The translations under genes and the position numbers were made by a program. This document shows positions 8,336 to 17,505 of a stretch of DNA of 32,000 nt, piece after piece. The DNA comes from Gemmata obscuriglobus (lineage in GTDB: Bacteria > Planctomycetota > Planctomycetia > Gemmatales > Gemmataceae): the NCBI RefSeq assembly GCF_008065095.1, contig NZ_CP042911.1, positions 8,550,001-8,582,000 of the forward strand. The letters run 5' to 3'. Position 1 is the first letter of the stretch; each line of letters starts with the position of its first letter. Under the pieces are notes generated by a model that saw only the letters and a program-made list of their open reading frames with translations, was not told where the DNA came from and searched no databases.

Positions 8336-10363
8336 TCATGGTCCGGGTGGTGGCCACAGGATCAATCGCTGCTTGGCGCGCGGCACCGGGCACGTACCCG
8401 CGCCGTCGGCGACTGACCACGCGCCGCACCACAGCAGAAAATACTCGGTGCTGTCGTCGCTCCGTGAGCTGAGTTCGTGGACCACGTACCGGCCCTTACC
8501 GCCGCGGCTGCGGAACAGGGTCGGCTGGTTGAACGGGAACGACGCCGGGTACGGCGACTCGGCAGGCAAGAGGTGGTGCGGGTGCGGGCGCCCCGGCGGG
8601 CCGAGCAGTTGCGCCCGCACCTCCGGGTCCGTGGCCGGCAGCGCGACCCACTCCAGATCGCTGATCACGAACCGCCGGTTCGCCGGCGCGGCCGCGAGTT
8701 CCGCCATCACCCGCTCCTGGCCGGTGACCGACACGTCCGGCCCCTGACCGATCGAGATGGCCGTGTACACGTGCATGAACCGGAGCCCGGGCTTCAGGTG
8801 CATGATGATGTACAGCACGTGCGGCGAGTCGAACCACGCCACCACCTCCCCGTCCCGTGCGCCTTGGGCGCGCAGGTACTCGGCGACCTCGGCGATCTCG
8901 ACCCAGCCGACCACCGCCTCGTGCGGCGGGTGCAGCCGGAGGCGGTCCCAGAGCGCGTACCGCTCCGCGTCGCTCAGGTTCGTGCGCCAGCACACGGGCC
9001 ACTGCTTCAGCCGCTCAAAGTTGAACGCGACGTGCCGCGGCAGGTACCGCTCGTGAACCTTCTCCGGAACGGAACTCAGCCACGCCTGCGCCTGGGGGCT
9101 GCCCCCGGCGGCCCCCCACATCGCGGCCACCAGTGCGAACCACACGAGCAGCGCGAACGTGAACGCCCACCGGTGCGACGCCCACACGCCGAGCATCAGG
9201 AGCGTTTCGGGCACGTGCGCGTACTGGAACCCGCGCTGGAGGAAGAACGCCTGCGTCAGCCAAACCAGGTACAGCGCGCCGAGCGTCCCGCGCACGAACC
9301 GCGCGTCCGCGTCCGCGTGCTTGTCCCAGAGGTGCCGCGGCAGCCAGTACCCGAGCGGGCCGGCGCGCCCGGGAACCGCACCCGCGGCCCGCCGGCTCGA
9401 CCACGGGGCCATGTCGATCACGGAAAGCAGCGCCAGCGGCACCGTGACGAACGGCCCGAGGCTCCACCCCGGGAACCAGTCGAGCTGCTGGTCGCTCCGC
9501 TGGGCGAGTTCCTGCCGCACGAGCCGCATGTAGTCCGGGTTCCACTCGGTGAACACCTCGAGGAACGGCCCCCACGCCCCGGACGCGACCAGCCACAACA
9601 CGCCCGCGGCCCCGACGACGAGCCCGCCGACGAGGTTACCCAACAGGTCGAAGGCGGCCGCGCGCCACGGCCGCGGGTGCCGGCCCGCGAGCCGCCGGGC
9701 GGTGAGCAACCAGACGGTAGCGGCCATGACCACGATGTGCGGTTTCACCCACAGCGCCGCGCCCCACAGCGCGCCTTCCAGGGCGGCGGGAGCGAACCCG
9801 CTGCCCGCGGGCATGTCCGGCACGGGAAGCCCGGCGCCCAGAACCGCGGAGGCGCTCTCCACGTGCGAGTTTGAGGGAAGGGGTTCCGGCCCGCCGATCC
9901 CCCGCCGCACGCGGATCAGCACGGCGGCCAGCCCCGGGAGCGCCATCCAGGTGTCCCGCTGGGCGTGCGACATCTCCATCGTGAACGGGTACAGCGCCGC
10001 CGCCCCGGCCACGGCCCACCACCGCGCCGCGGGCGGCGCCCCGCCGAGCTTCGCCAGCCGGTCGATCAGCGCGACCACCCCGGCCACGATGAGCAGGTCG
10101 GCGGCCCGCACCACCACCACGCTCTCGCCGAACGCCCACTGGATCAGCGTGAGCGCCCAAACGAACCCCGGCAGGTTGGTGTCGAAGATGTCCTTGTAAT
10201 GGGTGCCGCCTTCAATGAGGTTGCGGGCGGCCATCTGATAGAGCGTGAGGTCGCACCACGGGGGCATGCGCAGGAACAGCGGAACACCGACGGCCAGAGC
10301 GACCGCGGCGAGCGCCCGGGCCGCCCACACCGACCGCCACGGGCAACAGAGTTCAACACGCAT
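8336..10363 (-). CDS. Large polytopic membrane protein, probable GT-C-fold glycosyltransferase (ArnT/PMT-like) with C-terminal soluble domain
   Basis: 675 aa with many TM helices in the first approximately 400 aa. The first loop carries HYKDIFDTNLPG, which resembles the Y.D.WD.KPP acidic loop of GT-C enzymes. Family assignment is from memory only. Confidence 0.55.
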   Translation of the reverse strand: MRVELCCPWRSVWAARALAAVALAVGVPLFLRMPPWCDLTLYQMAARNLIEGGTHYKDIFDTNLPGFVWALTLIQWAFGESVVVVRAADLLIVAGVVALIDRLAKLGGAPPAARWWAVAGAAALYPFTMEMSHAQRDTWMALPGLAAVLIRVRRGIGGPEPLPSNSHVESASAVLGAGLPVPDMPAGSGFAPAALEGALWGAALWVKPHIVVMAATVWLLTARRLAGRHPRPWRAAAFDLLGNLVGGLVVGAAGVLWLVASGAWGPFLEVFTEWNPDYMRLVRQELAQRSDQQLDWFPGWSLGPFVTVPLALLSVIDMAPWSSRRAAGAVPGRAGPLGYWLPRHLWDKHADADARFVRGTLGALYLVWLTQAFFLQRGFQYAHVPETLLMLGVWASHRWAFTFALLVWFALVAAMWGAAGGSPQAQAWLSSVPEKVHERYLPRHVAFNFERLKQWPVCWRTNLSDAERYALWDRLRLHPPHEAVVGWVEIAEVAEYLRAQGARDGEVVAWFDSPHVLYIIMHLKPGLRFMHVYTAISIGQGPDVSVTGQERVMAELAAAPANRRFVISDLEWVALPATDPEVRAQLLGPPGRPHPHHLLPAESPYPASFPFNQPTLFRSRGGKGRYVVHELSSRSDDSTEYFLLWCGAWSVADGAGTCPVPRAKQRLILWPPPGP

Positions 10364-10652
10364 GTGGCGTAATCGGGTGAAACGGGACGGCGCGTCCGGT
10401 CAAGATACGAGTTACCCAACCGCACGCCACCACCCGGAAAGACGGGTGAGCCGATCCGCGACTTGTGCGGCACGACCGCACTTGACCGTTTCGGATCGGA
10501 ACCCGCCATGCCGATAAACTTCGTATATCAGTGGGCGTTTGCGCGACACACCGCCGGTCCCCCGGCCCTGTCCGCGGTGGCGCATCACCCGAACGAGAAA
10601 GCCGGCCACAAAAGGCGGCCGGGTCTGGCCTCATACATGAACCCACCCGCGG

Positions 10653-10739
10653 TGTCGCTTTCTTGACGAGCCGCGACCGCCAGGGAGCGGTGCCACGTAT
10701 CCCGCTCCCTGGCGGTCGCGGCTCGTCAAGAAAGCGACA
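10653..10739. repeat. Perfect 38-bp-arm inverted repeat (palindrome) with 11-nt spacer
   Basis: 10653-10690 pairs without mismatch with 10702-10739 (checked base by base). Spacer is tgccacgtatc. It starts 19 nt past the stop (10759) of the LRR gene. Confidence 0.9.
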
Positions 10740-10758
10740 ATATTACCGGGTACGTGTA

Positions 10759-12273
10759 TCAGTACTCCTCTCCGTGCTTGAACCGCGCTCGCAACTGGGC
10801 CTTTGCTCGCGCGCCGCTCGGCGAGGCGCCGAGCGCCCCCAGGCCCGCCAGGTGCGGGCTGGCGAGCAACTGTTTGAGCCCGGTGTCGGTGAGCCGGGGG
10901 TTGTACTTCACGTGCAGCGCTACCAACCCGGACGCGCCCTTCCAGTTGGCCAGCAGTTCGGCCGAGCGGTCGTCGATGCGGTTGCGGATCAGCCACAGGA
11001 GCGGCGGGCACCACCGCCCGCACCCGCGCACCAGCTCGCGCACCCCCTGCACGCCCAGGCCGTTGTCGTCGAGGTCCAGGTACCAGACGGTGCGCACCCG
11101 CGGGCACCGGACCAGGGCGCGCACGTCCGCGGTCCGGAGCCGCGCGCCGTGACAGTTCAGCAGCCGCAGGGCCGCGGCGGGGGCCGCTTCGAGCCGCCCG
11201 GCGTCGAGCCCCGAGAGCGGGTTGAAATCGAGCCCGAGGTACGCCACCCCGCGGAGGTGGGGCGAGCACAGTAGCGCCGTGGCGCCGGGGCCGTGGATGC
11301 GGTTGTGCGCCAGATCGAGGTCGCGGAGGCCCGCCAGGGCCGGCGCCCGCGCGAGCAGTTCGGCCGACTCGTCGTCGAGGTTGCAGTGCGTCAGCCGGAG
11401 CGAGTTGAGGGCGGACAGGTCGGCGGCGAGGAGCGCGCGAACGTGATCGGGACGCCAGTCGTACCCGCCGCGGAGCCGGAGCCGGCGCAGTCCGCCGAGC
11501 CGCCCCGCCGCCAGGAGCCCTTCGAGCGCTTCGGCACGCACCTCGGTTTCCGACAGATCAAGTTCGCGAAGGCCGGTCCAGTGCGGGGCGTCGGCGAGCG
11601 CGGCGACGGTAGCCGCCACATCTGTGTAGCGGATCGTGAGCCGGCGCACGAACCCGGCCGCCGGCAGGTGCCCGAACGCACGCAGCCCGTCCGCGCAGCC
11701 GCCGCGCAGGTCCAGCCCGGTGACCCAACCCGTCAGCCCGACCTCGGCGAGCCGCTCCACCGTTTTGGCCGAGAACCCGTGGTGCGCCACGAGCGTGACG
11801 GGCGGCACCTCCTGGAGACGCCGCGCGGCGCTCTTAACGTTCGTCGGCTCGTCGAGTGCTAACCGGTGCGGGAACCCGCGCGCGAACCCGTTCAGCCGTG
11901 TCGCGTCGTCGTACCGATCGGCCCACCGCACCCGGGCCGACCCGCCCGGCGGCGGCTCCCACGCGCCGCGGTGGCGGTCCAGCAGCTCGTTGGCCCGCCT
12001 TTCGAGGCTCACGAGCCGGTGGACGCCGGCGTCGATGCGGGACCAGTCGGTGGTGAGCAGCCCGTGGTGATAGCGGTCGCGAAGGAACTCGTACATCGCG
12101 TGGCTGCCGCCGTATTCGTCTGCCGCGGCGGCCAGCTCGCACTGAGCCCGAATGAACTCGGCCCGGGCGGCGTCCCCGTGCTCGTCGAGCCAGTCGGCGT
12201 ACGCGAGCCGTGGCGTGTCCTCATCCGGGTGCGCGCGGATGGCGGCCAGCAACGCGTCGCGATCGGACAGCAT
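10759..12273 (-). CDS. TIGR02996-domain protein with RNI-like leucine-rich repeats
   Basis: N-terminus MLSDRDALLAAIRAHPDEDTPRLAYADWLDEHGDAARAEFIRAQCELA is the repeat-companion (TIGR02996) signature. It is followed by repeated L..L.L..N.I...GA.AL-type LRR units. Confidence 0.85.
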   Translation of the reverse strand: MLSDRDALLAAIRAHPDEDTPRLAYADWLDEHGDAARAEFIRAQCELAAAADEYGGSHAMYEFLRDRYHHGLLTTDWSRIDAGVHRLVSLERRANELLDRHRGAWEPPPGGSARVRWADRYDDATRLNGFARGFPHRLALDEPTNVKSAARRLQEVPPVTLVAHHGFSAKTVERLAEVGLTGWVTGLDLRGGCADGLRAFGHLPAAGFVRRLTIRYTDVAATVAALADAPHWTGLRELDLSETEVRAEALEGLLAAGRLGGLRRLRLRGGYDWRPDHVRALLAADLSALNSLRLTHCNLDDESAELLARAPALAGLRDLDLAHNRIHGPGATALLCSPHLRGVAYLGLDFNPLSGLDAGRLEAAPAAALRLLNCHGARLRTADVRALVRCPRVRTVWYLDLDDNGLGVQGVRELVRGCGRWCPPLLWLIRNRIDDRSAELLANWKGASGLVALHVKYNPRLTDTGLKQLLASPHLAGLGALGASPSGARAKAQLRARFKHGEEY

Positions 12274-12432
12274 TGGACGACCCCGAAGAGATGAGCCCGC
12301 TGCACTGTAGCAGAGCGGGCCGAGGGCAGGAAGCAGGGATCAGAAGACCGGGCCGGATAAGGCCCGACACCGCCATGAATGCCCGTCTCATAAAGACAAC
12401 AGCCGAAGCCGGCACCGATACCGGACCGTGAA

Positions 12433-13698
12433 TCAGCGGAGCCACTTGTCGGCGAACTGCACGTACACCTTCCAGTCGTCGGGCGTCATCGCGTGCTTGC
12501 CGGCGCGGATGAAGTAGCCCAGCCGCTCGTCGCTCAGCTTGCCCTGCTCGGGCACCTTCGCTGCAACGGGCCGGTCGTCGCCGTACAGCTTGTACACCGG
12601 GGCCGCGGCGGCCAGCATGTCGAACTGACCCGGCGGGTTGGCCCACTGGTCGTCTTCGGCGTTCGTGAGCAGCACCGGGCGCGGGGCGCAGATCGCGATC
12701 AGGCCGTGCTGGTCGAACGGTAACTTCGTGGTGTCGTCGCCGAACGCGCTAAAGTGCCCGCAGAACCAATGCGGGAACACGGTCGTGATGCGCTTCACCG
12801 GCTCGGCCTTTGGGTTCTTGCTCCGGCTCGGCCCGGCGCCGCCGCACCCCGACTGGTGCGGGATCACCACCGCGATGCGGTCGTCGAACGCACCGGCCAG
12901 CAGCGCCGTTTTGCCCAGGCGCGAGTGCCCCACCACCGCCAGCCGCTTCGGGTCGATGGCCTTGTCCGTAACGAGGAAGTCCACCGCCCGGTGGCAGCCC
13001 CAGGCCCACCACATGACCGTCGCGGTCTCGTCGCCGGGCGCCCCGCCCTCCGCGGGCGGGAGCGTCGCGCGCATCCCTTCGCGCACGTTCGGGCGGTCCG
13101 GCTGAACGTCGCCGCAGTAGAACGTCGCGACCGCGTACCCCTTCTCCACGACCTGCCGGAGCGGCCACGTGTCGGCCTGCTTCCCGCGGCCCGCCGCGGT
13201 CGCCTTGTTCGTGCCCTTCTCGACGCCGGGGTAGTTCGCCGGCACCCACGCCGTTGGGACGCGGACCTTTTCGTGCGGCGTGAGCAGATGGTTGCCGCCG
13301 AAGTTCGGCCCTACGAAGCACGCCGCCGGCGTTTTGTCGTTCGGCGTCGCGACGAGGAGGTAGATTTTCGGCCACTCGGGCGGGCCGAACGTCAGCTCCA
13401 CCTCGCGGAGCGTCCCCTTACCGTCGAGCGCCTTCGCGTCCTCGAACAGCACCTTCGCGGTCACCTGCTTGGGCTTTTCCGGGAACCGGCCGTACATGTA
13501 GTGCTCGAACAGCGCCTTCAGCTCGGGGCGGCGTTTCTCTTCCCACTCCTTTCGCGTGGTGACCTTGGTCCCGTCGCGCGCGGTGAGAACGTCCGGAAAC
13601 TCCGCCGCCGAGGGAAGTTTGTCCGGCGGCGGGAAATCGGCAGGGGTGGCAATCGCGCTCATGAGGAGAAGGCCGAGGCTCGCGAGGGAGAGTCGCAT
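12433..13698 (-). CDS. Secreted CE15-like glucuronoyl esterase
   Basis: Signal peptide MRLSLASLGLLLMSAIA. GHSRLGKTAL corresponds to the CE15 G-C-S-R-x-G-K nucleophile motif. The 421-aa size and overall layout fit bacterial CE15. Confidence 0.75.
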   Translation of the reverse strand: MRLSLASLGLLLMSAIATPADFPPPDKLPSAAEFPDVLTARDGTKVTTRKEWEEKRRPELKALFEHYMYGRFPEKPKQVTAKVLFEDAKALDGKGTLREVELTFGPPEWPKIYLLVATPNDKTPAACFVGPNFGGNHLLTPHEKVRVPTAWVPANYPGVEKGTNKATAAGRGKQADTWPLRQVVEKGYAVATFYCGDVQPDRPNVREGMRATLPPAEGGAPGDETATVMWWAWGCHRAVDFLVTDKAIDPKRLAVVGHSRLGKTALLAGAFDDRIAVVIPHQSGCGGAGPSRSKNPKAEPVKRITTVFPHWFCGHFSAFGDDTTKLPFDQHGLIAICAPRPVLLTNAEDDQWANPPGQFDMLAAAAPVYKLYGDDRPVAAKVPEQGKLSDERLGYFIRAGKHAMTPDDWKVYVQFADKWLR

Positions 13699-13721
13699 GT
13701 GAACCGCTCCAGAAACAGCGA

Positions 13722-13739
13722 CGGGGGCCGAAGCCCCCG
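13722..13739 (-). terminator. Small stable hairpin (UUCG loop) between the 644-aa gene and the CE15 gene
   Basis: 7-bp GC stem cgggggc/gcccccg with a UUCG tetraloop on the minus strand, followed by UCGCUGUUUCUGG. It lies only 24 nt upstream of the CE15 start, so it may be an attenuator or processing site rather than a full terminator. Confidence 0.4.
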
Positions 13740-13787
13740 AAGGTACACCAAACGTGGCGGGAGTGTGAGGCGAATTCCGGTGCGGGC

Positions 13788-15722
13788 TCAGTTGAGCGCG
13801 GACACGGCGGCTAACGCGAGCGGCTCCAGCCCGAGGAACTCGAGGGGCAGGCTGAACGACTCGTTCGTCTCGATCCGGATCGTCTTACCGTCGTTACGGG
13901 TGACGGTGAGGTTCGGGAACAGGTGGCGGCTCAGCTCGTGGGCGTTCGGGACCAGTCCCACGTCGATCGGGTCGAAGTCCGACTCGTTGTTCTCGCGGAA
14001 CCGGTTGCGCAGCTCGAGCGTGCTGAGGAACATGGGGCCGACGCAGCACAGGTTCTGAGTAGTGGATTTCGGGTTGCAGAACTGGAGCCCGCACCCGTCC
14101 TGCGACAGCTTCGCCAGCCGCTTCGCGGTCTCGGCGTCGGGCGCCCACTTGTCCAGCGCGCCCTTCGCGCGAAGTACGAACCCCTGCACGGCCTGCGGGT
14201 GCCCGCCCACCACCAGCCACTCGCCCACGATGGCGTAGGTCGGCGTGACCACCCCGAACCCGCGGGCGTAGAACTCGCGGACCTCCACCCCCTTGAGCAC
14301 CTTCTTGCGCACCTTGATCGGGCTGTTCGCGATGCCCTCGAGCGCGCGCTGGATGTTGTCCGTCGCGGCCTTGATCTTGGCCGGGTCCTTGCACGAAACA
14401 CAGACCACCTGACCAAACAGCGACAGCCCCTCAGTCGGGCTCTGGAACAGCACCAGCTTGTCGCCGAGGTGCGGAATGATGTCGTCCCTCACGCGGACGC
14501 CCAGGAACTTGTCGGCCTCGCTCGCGAGGTACTCCTTCCGCGCCGGAACGAGACCTTTCTTGTCGCCCTCGACCCCGAACGCACCGCCGGCCTTGAGGAA
14601 CTCGACCAGGCTCAGGCCCGCGTCATAGGTGGCGGCCGGATCGAGCCGGAGCGCGGAGAACCGGCTCACGTCCGGCGGCATCGGGGGCAGGTCGTTCAGG
14701 CCCAGCGGCTCGTTCTTGAGCGCCCGGGCGAACCCTTTGCGCTCGCCCGGCGTGTCGAGTTCGTAGACCGCGCGTGACTCCTTGCCGTCGAACCCGGACG
14801 AAAACACCACCGCCTTGAGTGACCCGAGCCCGACGCCGTTGAGCCGGTCATTCAACCCGGGCACGAACGGCCCCGCGAAGCTCTTGGCCAGCCCGACCAC
14901 CCGGCCCGTGTCCACGAACCCGCGCGCGACGCTCTCGAACTCGCCCAGCTTCGCCGCGCGCTGGTACAGCGGGCTGGCGGTGAGCCCGCCCTTCGCGGCG
15001 TTGGCGGTGAACTCGTCCATGACCGCTTCGGGCGCCCGTGTGCCGGCGTAGAACACGAAGTGCGCCCCCTCACCCCACCACGCCGCGAACAGCGGGAACG
15101 GCGGAGCGCCCTCCTTCGGGAGCACGAACCGGTAGCCCGTGCGCCCCTTCGCGGCGAACGCCTCGACCTTGTTCTCCCCGAGGCGCATCAGGAGCCGGAC
15201 GGCGCCGTTCAGGGCGCCGGCCTTATCCGCAGCGCCCGGCACGATGACGAGCAGGTGCGCGTCCGGTACGAGCGCGTCGGCTTTGGGGGCCTTCCCGCCG
15301 AGCAACCCGGTCAGGGCGCTCCCGACGCCCTTGAGGCTGGGCGCCGGCTCGCGCACCTCGGCGGCGACGATCACGCCCCGGTCGGCGAGCAGGTCGACCA
15401 GCTTGTCGACGGCCTTGAGGTCGGCGAGGTTGGCCTTCAGTTCGCCCGGATCGCGACCCGAGAGGAGCGGGTCGGCGACCAGCGACGAGCCGAAGAGCCG
15501 CGGCCCCTTCGCGAGCAGCGCGCGGACGTTGTCGCCGGTCGGCCCGGCCATGACCGGCCCCCAGACTGATTTCTTGTACGCCTCGTTGTGCGCGGAGACG
15601 CCGTCCCACCGCGCGTACAGTTGCGTGGTGGGGGCGAGCAAGGTTTCGGGCGCGTCGTCGGAACCGCGCGCGGGTGCGGCGAGCGCGAGCGCGGCGACGG
15701 CAAGAGCGAACGGGCGGGTCAT
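13788..15722 (-). CDS. Secreted hypothetical protein (644 aa)
   Basis: Signal peptide MTRPFALAVAALALAAPARG. Long ORF with balanced composition. SD AGGAGC lies 4 nt upstream of the ATG. No domain recognised. Confidence 0.75.
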   Translation of the reverse strand: MTRPFALAVAALALAAPARGSDDAPETLLAPTTQLYARWDGVSAHNEAYKKSVWGPVMAGPTGDNVRALLAKGPRLFGSSLVADPLLSGRDPGELKANLADLKAVDKLVDLLADRGVIVAAEVREPAPSLKGVGSALTGLLGGKAPKADALVPDAHLLVIVPGAADKAGALNGAVRLLMRLGENKVEAFAAKGRTGYRFVLPKEGAPPFPLFAAWWGEGAHFVFYAGTRAPEAVMDEFTANAAKGGLTASPLYQRAAKLGEFESVARGFVDTGRVVGLAKSFAGPFVPGLNDRLNGVGLGSLKAVVFSSGFDGKESRAVYELDTPGERKGFARALKNEPLGLNDLPPMPPDVSRFSALRLDPAATYDAGLSLVEFLKAGGAFGVEGDKKGLVPARKEYLASEADKFLGVRVRDDIIPHLGDKLVLFQSPTEGLSLFGQVVCVSCKDPAKIKAATDNIQRALEGIANSPIKVRKKVLKGVEVREFYARGFGVVTPTYAIVGEWLVVGGHPQAVQGFVLRAKGALDKWAPDAETAKRLAKLSQDGCGLQFCNPKSTTQNLCCVGPMFLSTLELRNRFRENNESDFDPIDVGLVPNAHELSRHLFPNLTVTRNDGKTIRIETNESFSLPLEFLGLEPLALAAVSALN

Positions 15723-15855
15723 GAATGCTCCTGGCGAGCGGGGGGCTCACGCCCCCCGAGCAAACGTTCGGGTGATGTGAACGAAAGACGATCGAGAAGT
15801 ACACCGGCGGGGATACACCCGGCGCGTCATCACGATCCGGTCGAAGAACGCCTTA

Positions 15856-15934
15856 TCTTCTGTAGCCGGCCTCTGTGAGGCCGGTGCGATACGACCCATG
15901 TAGCACCGGCCTCACAGAGGCCGGCTACAGAAGA
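15856..15934. repeat. Perfect 32-bp-arm inverted repeat with 15-nt spacer; each arm holds its own 8-bp mini-hairpin
   Basis: 15856-15887 pairs perfectly with 15903-15934. Each arm contains ccggcctc-tgt-gaggccgg. Lies between the DUF1501 stop (16003) and the start of the 644-aa gene (15722). Confidence 0.9.
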
Positions 15935-16002
15935 CAAGGTACGGCATGGATCAACGGTCATAATCCACCGGGCCAGACGCCGTAGACGCGCGCCCGCCGC
16001 GG

Positions 16003-17379
16003 TTACATTTTCTCGACCGGCGGCGGGACTTCTTCGACCAGCGGGAGCGGTGCGCTTCCCGGGGGGACGGTGGGCGGCGTCGGGGTGCCCTTTGGGGCCT
16101 TCTTCTTGCGGTCGATCAGCGGGAGCTTCTCGAACGTGTCGTCCAGCACGCCGCGGCTGTCCACCTCCAGCCAGTCGTCGAGCAGTGTGGCGTACACGCG
16201 ACGGAAGTCGGTGTGGTACTTGACATCCCCGTCGGTGAGGTCCGAGAGGCTCGGGTGCTTGCCCACCAACCCGCCGACCACCTGCGAGCCGGCGACGAAC
16301 ATGCACGACCCGCTCCCGTGGTCGGTGCCGCGCGAGCCGTTCTCCTTCACCCGCCGGCCGAACTCGGAGTACGTCATCACCGCCACGCGCTCCGAGTGCT
16401 CGGGCGTCAGGGCGTTGAAGAAGCTGCCCAGCGCGCTCGACAGTTCGCCGAGCAGTTTGGCGTGCGCCTCGGCCTGCTCGGAGTGCGTGTCGAACCCGCC
16501 GAGCTGCACGTAATAGAGCCGCGTGCCGAGCCCCTTCTGGATCATCCGGCCGATGAGCCCGAGCTTGCCGCTCAGGGTGTTGAGGGAGTCCGGGTCGGTG
16601 GTCACGAACCGGCCGTCGACGAACTCGCGGGTCTGCCCGCGGCCGCTGCTCCCGGCCTCGCGCAGCGCGTCCTCGATCTTCTGGAGGCTGGTGTACGTTT
16701 GGAGCTGGCGCTTCCGCACGAACGCGGCGAGGTCGGCCTTGCCGGCGTCGTTGCCGCTGTTCAGGCTCTCGATGAGCGACTTGCGGCTCGACTGGTTGCC
16801 GGTCAGTTGCAGCTTGAAGCTGGCGCGGTCGGCGAGGCTGATGACCCCGCCGTCGGCGCCCTGCATCGCGACCGGGAGCCGGTCGTCGCCGAGGTACATG
16901 CCCGGCACGCCCGCGTCCTTCACCCGCATCCCCGGGATCGCCCGGGCGAGCCACCCGCTGGTGCCGGCCCGCTTCGGGTCGGCGAGCTGCCAGATGTCCA
17001 TCGACTCGAAGTGCGAGCGGTCCGGGTTCGGGTACCCCACCCCCTGAACGACCGCGAGCCGCTTCTCGTCGTACAGCCGTTTCAGTTCGCCCAGCCGCGG
17101 GTGCAGCCCGTGGTAGTCGTCGAGCTTGAGCACGTCCTTCTTGGCGAACGCGAGCGTCGGGCGGGCCTTCTGGTACAGGTCGTCGCCGTAGGGCGCGACG
17201 GTGTTGAGCCCGTCGTTGCCCCCCGTCAACTCGACCACGACCAGGACCGTGTCCTTCTTCTTATCGTCCTTCTCCGCGGCGAGTGCGGTGGTGGCGAGAA
17301 ACTCCGGCACCACCCCGCCGACGGCCAACAGGCTCGACGCACCGAGGGTGGTCTTCAGGAAGTCGCGTCTCGTGGGCAT
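16003..17379 (-). CDS. DUF1501 domain protein (sulfatase-like fold, Tat signal)
   Basis: MPTRRDFLKTTLGASSLLAV is a twin-arginine leader. Also TGGNDGLNTV, GFDTH and TDHG segments, which I remember as typical of DUF1501. Confidence 0.9.
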   Translation of the reverse strand: MPTRRDFLKTTLGASSLLAVGGVVPEFLATTALAAEKDDKKKDTVLVVVELTGGNDGLNTVAPYGDDLYQKARPTLAFAKKDVLKLDDYHGLHPRLGELKRLYDEKRLAVVQGVGYPNPDRSHFESMDIWQLADPKRAGTSGWLARAIPGMRVKDAGVPGMYLGDDRLPVAMQGADGGVISLADRASFKLQLTGNQSSRKSLIESLNSGNDAGKADLAAFVRKRQLQTYTSLQKIEDALREAGSSGRGQTREFVDGRFVTTDPDSLNTLSGKLGLIGRMIQKGLGTRLYYVQLGGFDTHSEQAEAHAKLLGELSSALGSFFNALTPEHSERVAVMTYSEFGRRVKENGSRGTDHGSGSCMFVAGSQVVGGLVGKHPSLSDLTDGDVKYHTDFRRVYATLLDDWLEVDSRGVLDDTFEKLPLIDRKKKAPKGTPTPPTVPPGSAPLPLVEEVPPPVEKM

Positions 17380-17505
17380 CGAAGACTCCGGAAAAGAAGG
17401 GAACGTACCGGAGAGGACGCAGAGAAAAGCACACGAGCGAGAACGATTCCGACCTCGCCGTAATTCTCTGTGCGCCCTCTTGTGCTCCCTGCGGTGAAAA
17501 ATGCT

